Below, piece by piece: positions 1 to 11,312 of a DNA stretch of 64,000 nt. Each line of letters starts with the position of its first letter. Within the stretch, counting starts at the first letter, position 1. Position numbers and translations under genes: made by a program. The notes under the pieces were generated by a model. That model ran no database searches and was not told the origin of the DNA. It saw only the letters and a program-made list of their open reading frames with translations. The stretch is from Pseudovirgaria hyperparasitica (Eukaryota): NCBI GenBank assembly GCA_010093815.1, contig ML996575.1; one strand, given 5' to 3'.

Positions 1-322
1 TGGCCATGGTTTCACAACATGTGCTGAAGGCATTGAAGCTGCTGTGTATCAAGCGATCTATACTAAGGAGAACGCCATCGTGCAGACTACGGCACTGAAT
101 ATGAAGAACGCAGTCAGCGGAAGCACTATTGAAGGCAAAGTGGATGTTGAGGGCAGCGGAAAGATCAAGGATGGAAAGTTGAAGTCTGACAAGGGATTAC
201 GTGGACTGAGTGATAAAGAAATTGCAGATACAGTTAAGATGAATCAGGAGTCAATGATGAGGCCATGGGAGTTGTGGTGTCGAGAGGTCGAGGTGCAGCC
301 TCTGTATATCAACGAATGTTAG
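1..322 (+). CDS. Class II aldolase/adducin-family protein, 3' end (5'-partial)
   Basis: Frame is open from position 2: GHGFTTCAEGIEAAVYQAIYTKENAIVQTTAL...RPWELWCREVE...PLY, matching the (R)GHG motif and C-terminus of fungal class II aldolase/adducin proteins; stop at 320-322. Confidence 0.75.
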   Translation, partial: GHGFTTCAEGIEAAVYQAIYTKENAIVQTTALNMKNAVSGSTIEGKVDVEGSGKIKDGKLKSDKGLRGLSDKEIADTVKMNQESMMRPWELWCREVEVQPLYINEC

Positions 323-2732
323 ACAGATTGAACACGCAGGTCTGGGCTATACAATCTGGGATCTCTCGCGACAAGATGGTTAACACGATATCTGCACGGA
401 CAAAGTAGTTTTCCATCTGATCTATAACCTAGGTTCATTCTCGATTAAGTGTTCATATTATATTAATACTTTATTAAACATGAAAGCTTTAGCGCGCCGT
501 CTCCTTGCGTTCTCCATTTATACCATCGGGCTTAAAAATTTCTTCTCATCGTTATACGAAATGGTTGATAAGTATCATTATCTTTCCATGCGCCACAGCT
601 AACTGTGAATGCTGATATGTTGCGTTAGCCGTCAAAAGCTACCATACTTGGTAGTCAAGGTCGGAGCAGGCATAAGTGATACCTCTTATCGCACAGTAAA
701 AGGTGTTGGGTATGTAGCAATGAGAGCGCTGGAATGTGAGTGCCAGGTATGTAACCTTCACAATGCTAATCTTACAGTGACGGTTATGCCATCCCTAACT
801 ACATATACCTCTGCTTCCTCTGCCCAAACCTCTCCCCTTACTTCTTCTGACGGCTTAAAATTGAATCGACGCCGCTGCTAATATCTGTCTCATCAGAATC
901 CATGATATGCCCCTGCTTGAATTTGACCGAGCAGTTGCGGCTGTGCGGTCTTTTCTGCAAACGCGGCCCTTGATGTGTCTTCGCGCAGTATTACTCGTGG
1001 GGATGCTCATCGTCCAGAAGACAAGGAGATGGTGTGCATAGGAGCAGAGCCACAGCGCATGCATTGAGCTTCGCAAGCACTGACATGGAAGAAATTGCGC
1101 AGAGATATGTATATTCTATTTCATTCTTTGCCCATAATGCAGTATATTTATATAGAAACGGAGCATGTTGATACCTGAGGACGAGCATCGAGAGTCATGT
1201 GTTTTGGTCGATCTTACCTGCATACTTATTATTCCTACGAAGAAACATGATCAGTATTCTCAATTGGCAATCTGGCTTCCAGTGTTTGAAAAGGGTCGAT
1301 CTGTTAGTGCTATTGACCATTGTTCGCATCACACGATGATGGACGTTGTTTCAGGAGACGATGACGCGAATCTGCGCCCATGAGGGAATTCTGGCGCTGA
1401 TCGGGTCCAACAGTTATCATTCATAGCTTTGGGCGCTTGTGCTCAGCGGTCAGCTCGGTTGCATGATGTTCTGCATGGAATGGCTGAGTGTCATGTTTGG
1501 ACAACAGCTCTTGCCGCTCAACAGTACATGTACGCCGGCGATTGAATGTCAGATGGCACTTAGGGGAAACGACTACGGTAGGAGTATATCCTGTGTGGAA
1601 TAAAACACATGGGACTGCCGGGTCGGATTGAACGAATGTATAAATTTCACTGTGGAGGTTCAGTGGCGGAGCTTTCACTGGCCAAGCTTCAACATCATTA
1701 TCAGTATAGGGAAGCACTGCTACTCCTGATCATCGTCTAAACTTTGATCAACGAGAAAATCGACATTATCTGATGCACACGTCATTTCCCCTAACACAAT
1801 GGCTAATTCATAAAGGCTAGTTCACAAAGCTCAGTTATACATATACATAGCTTCAAGTAAGAATACTCCTCTCTGCTCCACAGGCGCACCCAAGATATTC
1901 CTTCCTCCACATCTAACAACTGGAGGTGCCTCTTTTCGTGGTTCGTGCGGTGCAACTCATCATATCTAGCTCCAGTGTACGAGACAAGCCCTGATGACTC
2001 GTTTACGTCACATTATTCACTAAATCCTACCTTACGCACTGTGATCTCGGTATGATGATGAATTCTAGCACGTTGGAAGGCCAGTGACGTCTATCGCCAT
2101 GTATACAGTCGCATGCAATGAAGTATTCAAGTTCTTTGACGTGATTCTGAACCGGGAATACATAGCTACGCTAGATTAAGGGACACGGATTAGACCTATC
2201 ATGCTTATGGTCTGGAGTTGTGACGAAGCGAACATGATGCTGGAACAACCCTACGGGCTCGAATTTGCTGGTAAGTTGGTGTCTGAGGTCCAGGAGGTGA
2301 ACAAGGGCTTAGTTACGGCAACGTCGTCTCTACTTATAGGAGTAGAGCGTCGATGAACACAATTCAGATGTGCCGAGTAGAAGAGGTGTGAAACAGGGGA
2401 ATAGAACCTTCACAGATGGACTCACAGAAGCTATCTGACATTGGCTTCAATTGCTGGGCTGTGAGCGTGTGACCTTTTTAACTTCGTCATGTAACGTAAG
2501 TAGTGTCAAGGTCTGGGCGATCGTGATGTTTTTTCTAGCTTGATAAGCTACTCTTGTATTGCATCTTCGGGATTACCAGGCACGATAGTGGATCTGGCTG
2601 AGTCGCTTGAGATAGACTTCTCGTTGATCATGTACCTGTGTCATCTTTATGACTAAGATACACCATATCTTTGGCCTATGGCATCTTTCCCAGTTCTGCC
2701 TGTGAGTATGACGTCATGCAATGTGTGTCTGT

Positions 2733-4883
2733 TTAGAACATCTCATTAACATCGAACGATCCTGTTAGACTCTCCAGATGCTCGAAACCTGGCATCCAAG
2801 CATCCACACCATCGTCATGATCAATCCAATTTGCCAATTCCATGACCATCCTCAATGCCTCATCACTCCCTGTCCCGTGTTGTACAAACGCTTCACTAGC
2901 AGCCACGATACTGACATGAGCTGCTGCTGTTCCCATTGACCTCTGCGATCCCGTAGCCATAGTGCTGGAAAAATTTGCGTCTGGACTCTGCTCGGTCTCC
3001 GCATCTCCACCAACCTTTTGCATCGTTGCATTGACTAGGATCTCGAAGGCATCGCGGTACTTGCGCACCCAATCCGCGCGCTCGCCCATGACGAAAAGGA
3101 CCGAACTGCACGCGCGGATATCATTGCTGAGTGTAACAGACCAGACTTTGTGCGAGCTCGTCCATAGACAGTACAACATCGTGATTCCTGCCACAAATAC
3201 CGTCTGCACGGCGATAAAGCTATGGCCATATTCGAAACTCTGGTGCAGTCGTTTGTGCGCTTGACAGATTTGGCCGGCTGCGCGAAGACAGGTCTGATAA
3301 TATGGATCACCGACGGGAAGTAGCAGCAGGAAGGGCTGTAAGAGCAAACGTAGAGCTTTGTGGTAGTGTAGCATGGGGTATTCAAGATCATCGTTGCAGA
3401 GTCGTGTGTGGGCACTGAGACGCCATTCCTCAAGATCAGCATACAGACGGTCGATCTTGGGGCGAAGGGAGCAGAGAGACCGATCGTTGCGGTAGATAGA
3501 GTTATAGATGCGTGATTCCACACGGCGGAGTTCGTAGAGGGTAATGGGGTAGGAGAGAGATGATAGGAGGGCCGGGGAGGTGGCGGTTTGGGAATGAGCA
3601 GACGGGAGTGGAAGGTCAATGTGACGGTCAGAGATGCTGCAAGGGCGACCGAGGGATATTGATATTATACGTTCTAGTGAGTAAGTAGACCAGAAGAGGA
3701 GTCGGCGTCGTTGGATGCCTTCAGGAGAGTGGCTGATCTCTGACGTTGCTCGGTGCATGCCTAGATCAACGCAGGTGCGCATGGCAAGACCTGACATATA
3801 CCAAAGACCTTGAGTAGAAGCAGATCGCAGATGATATATGATCAAGAGTAACATAGCCTCTACATTTTGAAGGCACCGGGGCTCTCGTGCTGCGGATATG
3901 TGTTGGAGGGCAGTCATGTAGAAACTCTGACAGAGCCACGTTAGAAATTTGGCTTCGTCATAATTTGGATAAGATCTCACCTCTGGAGGAGAGCTATCAG
4001 AGAGCCTCTCGGTCAGCTGCAAGAGCATGGCACCAATCGCATAGACCATGTACATCTTGAATATCCCAAACCGTTCTGAGCTGCTTAGCATCTTGACATC
4101 AGTGGAAGATAGACGCGACCGATTTGCATGTAGCGTCCATATTGATCCTGGATCTAAGAAAGGATATCGTATGTGTAATCTTTGGAAGTATGCATGTATC
4201 AATTTAGTACCCAGTTGATCGTCTGGAGGAGCTGAGCTGTTGGCTTGTATATCTTGCACCATGATCCTAGTTCGTTCTTGCGAATGGCTGGATAAGTATA
4301 TCTTATCTACTATTGGCGTGCCTTGTTGAATATCATCGTCCCGAGGTGGTGGCATCGCTTTATTCCACACAGTCGCCTGAACCATTTGCCCAAGATTCAG
4401 AGCCAATGGAAGACCAGATGACGAGCCTACATAAGCAGGAGCTTCAAAGTTACCCATGTGCAGAGCATCGACAACATCTCTCAGGGCGTCTTCAATATGC
4501 GATGCATCATGTTGATCACTCCGTGGGCCTGCTATACTGTTCACCGCGATTGGGTGTTCAATACCAACATTTTGGTGCGTTCTTGAGAGTTCGATCTCGA
4601 GAGCTGCAACACGTTCCTCTAAAGCATGTGTATATCTGCATGCTACGTGAGTCGTTTTGGTGATAGTAAGGAAGATTGCGGCTGACGCTGTCGGTAAAGG
4701 CTCACCAACGAGGCTCTTGTCACAGGCATTGCCGCTTTTCTCGCAATTTGAACACGTCGGCCATTGGCTATCACATTTTTGCTTCCGGTTCTTGCATCGT
4801 GTACATGCCGTTCTTGGTCGCTTCATTGGCTTATGTCCAAGTGGTGATGTTCGCAAGGGTGAGTTCTCATTCAATTGACTCAT
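2733..4883 (-). CDS. Zn(II)2Cys6 transcription factor with Fungal_trans domain (Ppr1/UaY-like)
   Basis: CTRCKNRKQKC...CSNC...C zinc cluster, LEERVAALE coiled coil, DLGMHR and RRLLFWSTYSLERIISISLGRP middle homology region. Two in-frame GT-AG introns (4636-4686, 3927-3980). Start codon uncertain: 4883 chosen, ORF is open to 5006. Confidence 0.9.
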   Translation of the reverse strand: MSQLNENSPLRTSPLGHKPMKRPRTACTRCKNRKQKCDSQWPTCSNCEKSGNACDKSLVGEPLPTASAAIFLTITKTTHVACRYTHALEERVAALEIELSRTHQNVGIEHPIAVNSIAGPRSDQHDASHIEDALRDVVDALHMGNFEAPAYVGSSSGLPLALNLGQMVQATVWNKAMPPPRDDDIQQGTPIVDKIYLSSHSQERTRIMVQDIQANSSAPPDDQLGTKLIHAYFQRLHIRYPFLDPGSIWTLHANRSRLSSTDVKMLSSSERFGIFKMYMVYAIGAMLLQLTERLSDSSPPEVRSYPNYDEAKFLTWLCQSFYMTALQHISAAREPRCLQNVEAMLLLIIYHLRSASTQGLWYMSGLAMRTCVDLGMHRATSEISHSPEGIQRRRLLFWSTYSLERIISISLGRPCSISDRHIDLPLPSAHSQTATSPALLSSLSYPITLYELRRVESRIYNSIYRNDRSLCSLRPKIDRLYADLEEWRLSAHTRLCNDDLEYPMLHYHKALRLLLQPFLLLLPVGDPYYQTCLRAAGQICQAHKRLHQSFEYGHSFIAVQTVFVAGITMLYCLWTSSHKVWSVTLSNDIRACSSVLFVMGERADWVRKYRDAFEILVNATMQKVGGDAETEQSPDANFSSTMATGSQRSMGTAAAHVSIVAASEAFVQHGTGSDEALRMVMELANWIDHDDGVDAWMPGFEHLESLTGSFDVNEMF

Positions 4884-5297
4884 GATAGATGTTATGCAAT
4901 CTGCAGATATGTATATTTGCTGTGGACGGCAATCAAGCGTTGATAGTGATTTTGAACAGGGCATGTCACATTGTTCAGTCGTCCGGCTGCTCAGTGTATC
5001 GCTCATACAGGGATTAGGATAACAAGGACATGTGGCGTAAGCTGCGGGGGACCTAGCACAATCTTCGTGACTCGTGTCATCACTTGTGAGTAATATGACA
5101 GAGTTTGCGTGAATCTTCCCATCATCTATAGATGCCAGGTCAGAAGAGTTGGATGAAGCTCAGATGTTTGACAAGATGACAAGAGCTATCGGTCTTAAGC
5201 AGATCCGTGAACACTTTAGCTGGTCTAATATGCATATTCTCTGCATGTAATGAGTATGCTTCCTGCTCCGACTGCGAAGATAATGAATGCATTGCAG

Positions 5298-7173
5298 CTA
5301 CCTAGCCACGCACATAAGACGTACGGCGTCAGCGTTCTTCATCCTCAATAGCATCTCCATGTCCACATCGTTGATGGTTCTTCTGAGTCTCTTCAGGGTG
5401 TCCAATGCAATCTCGCCATCAGCGGCTCTGGGCTCGAGTCTGTGGTCTCGGAAGAGATGTGCCATCACTGCAACAAATTCGACTTCGGCAAACTTCTTAC
5501 CAGGGCAGTCCTGTGGTCCATCAGACCAGGGGAAAAATGTGTTCCTTGCTGGTGTGTGAAACTTTTGACCTTCCGTAGAAGCCTCTATCCAACGCGAGGG
5601 TTTCCATAGTAATGGATCAGACCAGCTGCTGGAATTAGTGTGGCAAGCTAAAAGACTCATGGTAGTTGTTGTATGTGGAGGTATAATTATGTGTTTCCCG
5701 CGGACATTGAGGGACTGTGATCTATCATCAGTACCCTTAGGTAGTGCCATAATAGGCGGATATAACCGTAGCGTCTCGTACTATTGAGATATTTAGTTTT
5801 AGATATTCAAGAGATTCACAAGTCAAGACATACGAGTATTGCTTTGCATCGTAGAAGCTGTGGGAAAAACTTCTTATAGCTCCCGAGTTCAATTGTCGAA
5901 GTAGTGAAGACTTCTCTGATCTCTTCCCATATCCAGTCTTGTACTTCGGGCTGGGTAGCTAGTAGTAACATTGCGAAGGCGAGTGTGTTTGCCGTTGTAT
6001 CGTGCCCAGCGAAATTAATGACAAAGATATTACCAAATATTTCATCAACTGAGAGTCCTCTCGGGAGTCTCCCAGCTGGGTCTTCAGCTCGATCATTGTT
6101 ACTTTGATTTGCATGATGCGCATGTATAAGCGATGTCATGAGCCCACCCGAACCGGACTTATTAAGCTCGTGTGCTCTCAATTCTTCGTGAAGCATCTCA
6201 TTCATGTACTTCTTGAATAGACTGCCTGCCTGGCCAATGCGAGCCAATCTCCTAGGCATCAAAGGAAACATTAACACCTGGTAAGGTAGAAGCATAAGTA
6301 ATATGACGTTGTCCAAAATAGTCTGTAAAGCGTCTCTATATGTTCCTGTTCCGACAACGGAATCGTCCGCTGAGCCGATGAACCTATAAGTCTTACGAAA
6401 GCCAGTCGCGGCAAGTATATTCAGCGATAGCGATCGAGTGTCCCGTTGAATGCTGGGAATACCTGTCCGCTCAGTGCTTGGTCTTGTCCAGGACTTCAAC
6501 ATGCCCTGAGATTGACGCAGAGATTCGTCCCATACGAAGCTCATAATACTCTCATTAAAGGGTGCGGCAAGGGCTTTCCTGTGGCGAGGCCAGTTTTCTA
6601 CATCTGCTGTCGATATGCAAGGGCCGAAGACTTCTAATATCTCTGTTGAACGTCAGCAAAAGTTATGAAACGTTACTACAGTGCCAAAACACAATTCTGA
6701 CCCGAACCAAGTACAGGAGACTCCTCGAGGTACCACTAGACTCATGTCTTGTTACAGTATGTGGAGATAATTCTATGCTTACTGTAGCCTTCAATCGGTC
6801 TTACGAAGTCGCGCCGGTGAGCAAAAATGTGACCAATAGCCTCTGGATCTGATATATGAACATCGATTCTGACTGGAGACACCAGTGCCCAGATCGGACC
6901 CAATCTATCGTGATCTGAAGATTTCTCGTGAAAGTGCCATCCTCGACGAAGGTGTCGAATCGATGCTGGGTACGATGTCCAGTCGAACGGCAAGCTGTCC
7001 AAAACTGACCAGATGAGGTGTCCGAAAACCTGCCAGAGTATATTGTGGGAATCTATAGGTAGTCGAACGCAGGGAATGCCCATCCTGGACGCCACGCGCA
7101 TGTTTATCTCGAGACATGCCAGCGTCCATGAGCCGTACGCGATCAGCAAACCAAGGACGACTTGGAAGAACAT
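5298..7173 (-). CDS. Cytochrome P450
   Basis: N-terminal membrane anchor, WPRHRK (WxxxR), I-helix AGHDTT, ETLR (ExxR), KPSRW, heme loop FFPWSDGPQDCPG; three exons joined by GT-AG introns. Confidence 0.93.
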
Positions 7174-7515
7174 GTCCGTGTGCTACCAACGTCGAGCGAC
7201 CTCTATAAGTTTACTTAGAGGTGTAACACCGAAGATAGATGTCTTGTAGGGCCCTGGGATACTCCTTATGTAAAAGCTCGCATTAGAACTTAGGTCTGTT
7301 GGTTGCGAGATCAGACGCGCTGAAACATTTGAGTATTAATTAAGTTTGGCCCCGAACCAACACAGACCTAGGGGATGTGTCGTCTCACCACTAGTCTTAA
7401 CCCGCTCTAGCGTAAATCCCACTCTGCTTAAGAGCGTTAAATTACCTCTTACTTAGACTACAACTACTGTCTGTTATCTACATCGATGTGGCTTGTTTTA
7501 TGCGTGACCCCCTGA

Positions 7516-8675
7516 TCATTCTTTGCTCATCCAGGCCCCATGCGGCTTGTATGGGAACTCTTCATGCATGTGTCTCGCAATCTGCTCTCGTGTTGTCACC
7601 CAGACATCTTCTTTCTCCGAAATATACATCATGAAGTTTCGCAAAGCCTCGCAGCGCCCGGGCTTGCCAGTAATCCTGGTATGTAGGGGAATGGTCATCA
7701 TCTTTCCAGAGCTCGCACCCTCACGGTAGAGCATGTCAAACGTATTCTTCAGATATTTCTCGTAAGTCTCGGCAACAGAGCTACCGAATCCAGGTGCCAT
7801 GTGGAACTTCCCATCGTTGCAATCATAGTTGTATGGTACGAGGAGCATTCCCTGTCTTTGATCCTCTGGCAATTCAGCTTCCCAAGGGAGGTCAATCCAG
7901 TATGGTACGTCATCCTGTCATGTTGGTCACATGGCATTCAGCTACGGACATCGCGTCTAATGACTTACGTTGTATACTTCTGAAGAGTAAAGAAACTCAG
8001 CATCTAGTTCTTTCCAGACTTCTGGAAACAACGACGGGGTGTTGGGTGTACCACGTCCAAAGTACGCACCCGTGGGCATCCTACCTGTACCCAGTCAGCA
8101 GATGGCGGTAGGATCTCACGGAAGTAGTAGTTTACCGGTCACCTCTTTCAGTGTCGTGAGCGTCTTCTTGATGTACTCTTTATCTTCCTCGAGACCATAA
8201 TCCCATATATCGAGCCATCGATAACCGTGGGCGCAGATCTCGTGACCATCTCGAACAAGTGCCTGCGCAAACTTTGGGTTCTTTTGCAAGGCTAAAGCTA
8301 CCGCAAAAGTGGTGAAATTCCAACCAAACTCCTTGAACAGACGGATAAAACGCCATGAAGCTGTGCGCGATCCATATTCAAAGTCCTGCTCCGCATTTAG
8401 ATATCTGGCATTCTTGCGGAAGCCTCCCGATGAGCCTTTCTCCCAAAGATATGGCTCTGATATTTCATCACCATCTAGCACGGATCTTTCACCTCCCTCT
8501 TCATAGTTCAGGACGAATGATACCGCGATCCTAGCACCGTTCGGCCATTTTGGATCAAAACTGTCCTCTCCGAAACCTAGGTCAAGTTAGCAATAGTAGT
8601 CAAAGCAAGCGGAATTGATAGGAACGGACCTTCAAAGTTTCTCGGTATCTGCAGCTTCTTCTCTATGTGAACCAT
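7516..8675 (-). CDS. Polysaccharide deacetylase-fold protein, PuuE/metal-independent allantoinase-like
   Basis: Spliced product contains PRNFEG, WPNGARIAVSFVLNYEEGGE, EYGSR, AHGYRW, DDVPYW, LVPYNYDCND, FDMLYREG and IPLHTRITGKPGR; four exons with canonical introns. Confidence 0.88.
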
Positions 8676-8857
8676 ATTAATACTTCCAAGAATGGAGAAT
8701 TCCAGTAAGCTTCGATCGCTACTTTGATTGCTAAGCTTTATAGAGAGGCAGTCAATAGCGACCCCTCCTAGTGGATATGGTGATACACATCCATGTGAGA
8801 TCTTTATTCGTCGCGATCTAACCCCGTTACGAGACAAAACATGACTCGCAAACCCGC

Positions 8858-8869
8858 TCGGACGTCCGA
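8858..8869. promoter_or_regulatory. Palindromic TCGG-N4-CCGA, candidate Zn2Cys6 binding site
   Basis: Perfect palindrome TCGGACGTCCGA in the divergent PuuE-like/amidase promoter; related copies at 13469-13479 and 13487-13498. Confidence 0.4.
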
Positions 8870-9135
8870 TCTATAAAGTGGAGAACTATCTCAATAAGCA
8901 AGGAACCCGACAAGGGCATCCGATAAGAACCAATCTTATCAGACCCTTACCACAGACTGTAAATGCGGCAGGCCTTGACACATGATAATATACCGCATTA
9001 GTCTTCTGAGTCGTTAAGTTGTCGCTGCTACGCGATGCACTATATGACACCATGTTATGAGTAGGAGTAATAAAGATTTCTTGATAAGACGTGTTCGTCC
9101 ATTTGAAATCAGACGGTACTAACGATAGTTCAGCC

Positions 9136-10888
9136 ATGTCGGTCTTTTCGCTAGAGGTGAAAGAATCTAATCCCGTCACGTCGCAGACTGTGGATGAGCT
9201 CTGCTCCCTATGGGGCGTCGCAATCAACGATGAAGAGAAAAAAGACTATGAGACACTCTTGGCCGTATTCCATGACTCTGCGGATGCTATGATGAAATTA
9301 CCAGGTAATTGGATGTACATGACTCCTTTGCGTACCTCTTTCTTACAGAGTGCAGAGTATAGCCCTACTGTTGATCTAGATCGCTTCCCACGCCAACATG
9401 TTCGGTTGCCGAATCCTGAGAAGAATACATTAGGAGCGTGGGCCTGGAAATGTGAGATCATAGACCAGAGAGGGCCAAATGGAGATCTTTCTGGTAAATC
9501 TGTCGCCCTGAAAGACAACATTGCTGTCAAAAATGTTCCGATGTTGATGGGGACAGATATGGTCAAGGGTTACGTGCCAGTAAGATAATCTCAGACCAGG
9601 TATTATCATATATTAACAAGTCCATAGGCCATAGATGCGACAGTTGTCACAAGAATCCTCGAGGCTGGTGGTAGGATAACTGGCAAGGCTGTCTGCGAGA
9701 ATTTATGTCACTCTGCAACTAGTTCATCAGCGGCCACTGGGCCCGTTCATAATCCATATGCGAAAGGATATAGCAGTGGAGGGAGCTCAAGTGGAAGTGG
9801 TGCCCTTGTTGCTAACCATGATGTTGACCTAGCTCTTGGAGCTGATCAAGGTGGCTCTGTCCGCGTGGTGAGTCCTGTTTCTCCCCTGAGCGCTTGTTTG
9901 AAGGCTAACAATGCAGCCTGCCGGGTGGTGTGGCATATATGGTCTCAAGCCAACCTTTGGTCTAATTCCATACACTGGTTGCGGCAGTAACGAGCCTACA
10001 AACGACCATCTGGGGCCCATGTCACGCACAGTGCTCGACAATGCCTTACTCCTCCAAGCTATTGCCGGAAATGACAACATAGATGACCGCTCCTTTGCAA
10101 CACCCTCACCCTCCCGGATCCCGAGATACCACACCAGATTACTCGAAATTCCTAATCCCACTGATCTAGCTGGTGTTCGCATCGGTGTGCTCAGCGAAGC
10201 ATTCACCCAGCCCGCTCTCGACTCACGTGTGGTCGAGTGCGTCCGTTCCGCCATCGCCGAGTTCATACGTCTCGGTGCCATAGTCGAGGACGTGAGCATT
10301 CCAATGCATACTCACGGTGCATCAATCTGGACCGCTGTCAGCAAAGTAGGCGGGTACCTCGCCAAACAAAATCTTGCATTCGGCCGCCGTGGTCATGCCA
10401 TGAACGATCTTGCAAATCTATTTACACCGCTTACACAATCCTCGTGGGACGCTGCATATGTCAGTACAAAGAATATCTATCTTAACGGCGCGTATGCTGT
10501 CAAACACTTTCCTAGTCTCCTGGGCCATGCGACAAATCTTTCACGCCAACTGCGAGATGCATATGACGTAGCGTTGGAAAATTATGATGTTCTAGTCCTG
10601 CCAAATCTACCGTATATAGCGACGAGTAATTTTGATAAAGAGGATAAGCCGTTGGAGAAAATTAGGAAGCAGGTGGGCTTGACCGGTAACACGGCATCGT
10701 TCAATCAAAGTGGACACCCGGTGCTGGCAATGCCGATTGGGATGCTGGAGATTCAGGAGGGCCCGTTGAAAGGGAGTGGAGTGAAGTTACCTGTGAGTAT
10801 GCAAGTTGTAGGGAAGTGGTGGGGTGAGGAGCGTGTATACAAGGTAGCATATGCGTGGGAGAAGGCATGCAACTGGAAGAGTAGGTAA
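9136..10888 (+). CDS. Amidase-signature family amidase, CX3C subgroup
   Basis: LKDNI (catalytic Lys), [35 protein letters not shown]; introns 9305-9355, 9580-9627 and 9868-9916. Confidence 0.93.
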
Positions 10889-11312
10889 GGGTATTTTTGT
10901 AGACAGATAGAGTATGTATTTATACAGTGCTACATAGGCCATGACCCTCGTTTTAAAGCTCTTCTATCTGCTGTAATATACAGAGAATAGAATTTATGCT
11001 CTATAGCTAGCAAATCGTGTTTCAGCGTTCGTGTAACCTAGTGTGATAATCTCTGCTGCCACCCTTTCTAACAGTAGAGAGAGTGTAGTGAGAAAGTGAA
11101 ATGTCTGGTGCTGAAATAACCTTCACCTGATATGTTGGTTTTGACACACTGTGCACCTCACTTGCGCTTCTCTTCTCCTGTGCTTTGTCTTCAGTAGTAT
11201 AATCATAGGCTTTCAAAAACAAAGTGTAAGCTTCTCTAAATGATTTGAACAATTGAAACGGTCATTTACTCAGTCGTTCGGTAGCGGTACTTATAGATAC
11301 AGATATTAAATC

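Noticed and set aside
600..2700. Short ORFs between the aldolase and the transcription factor
   Set aside because: No motifs or consistent splice model; a decayed gene is possible but not supportable.
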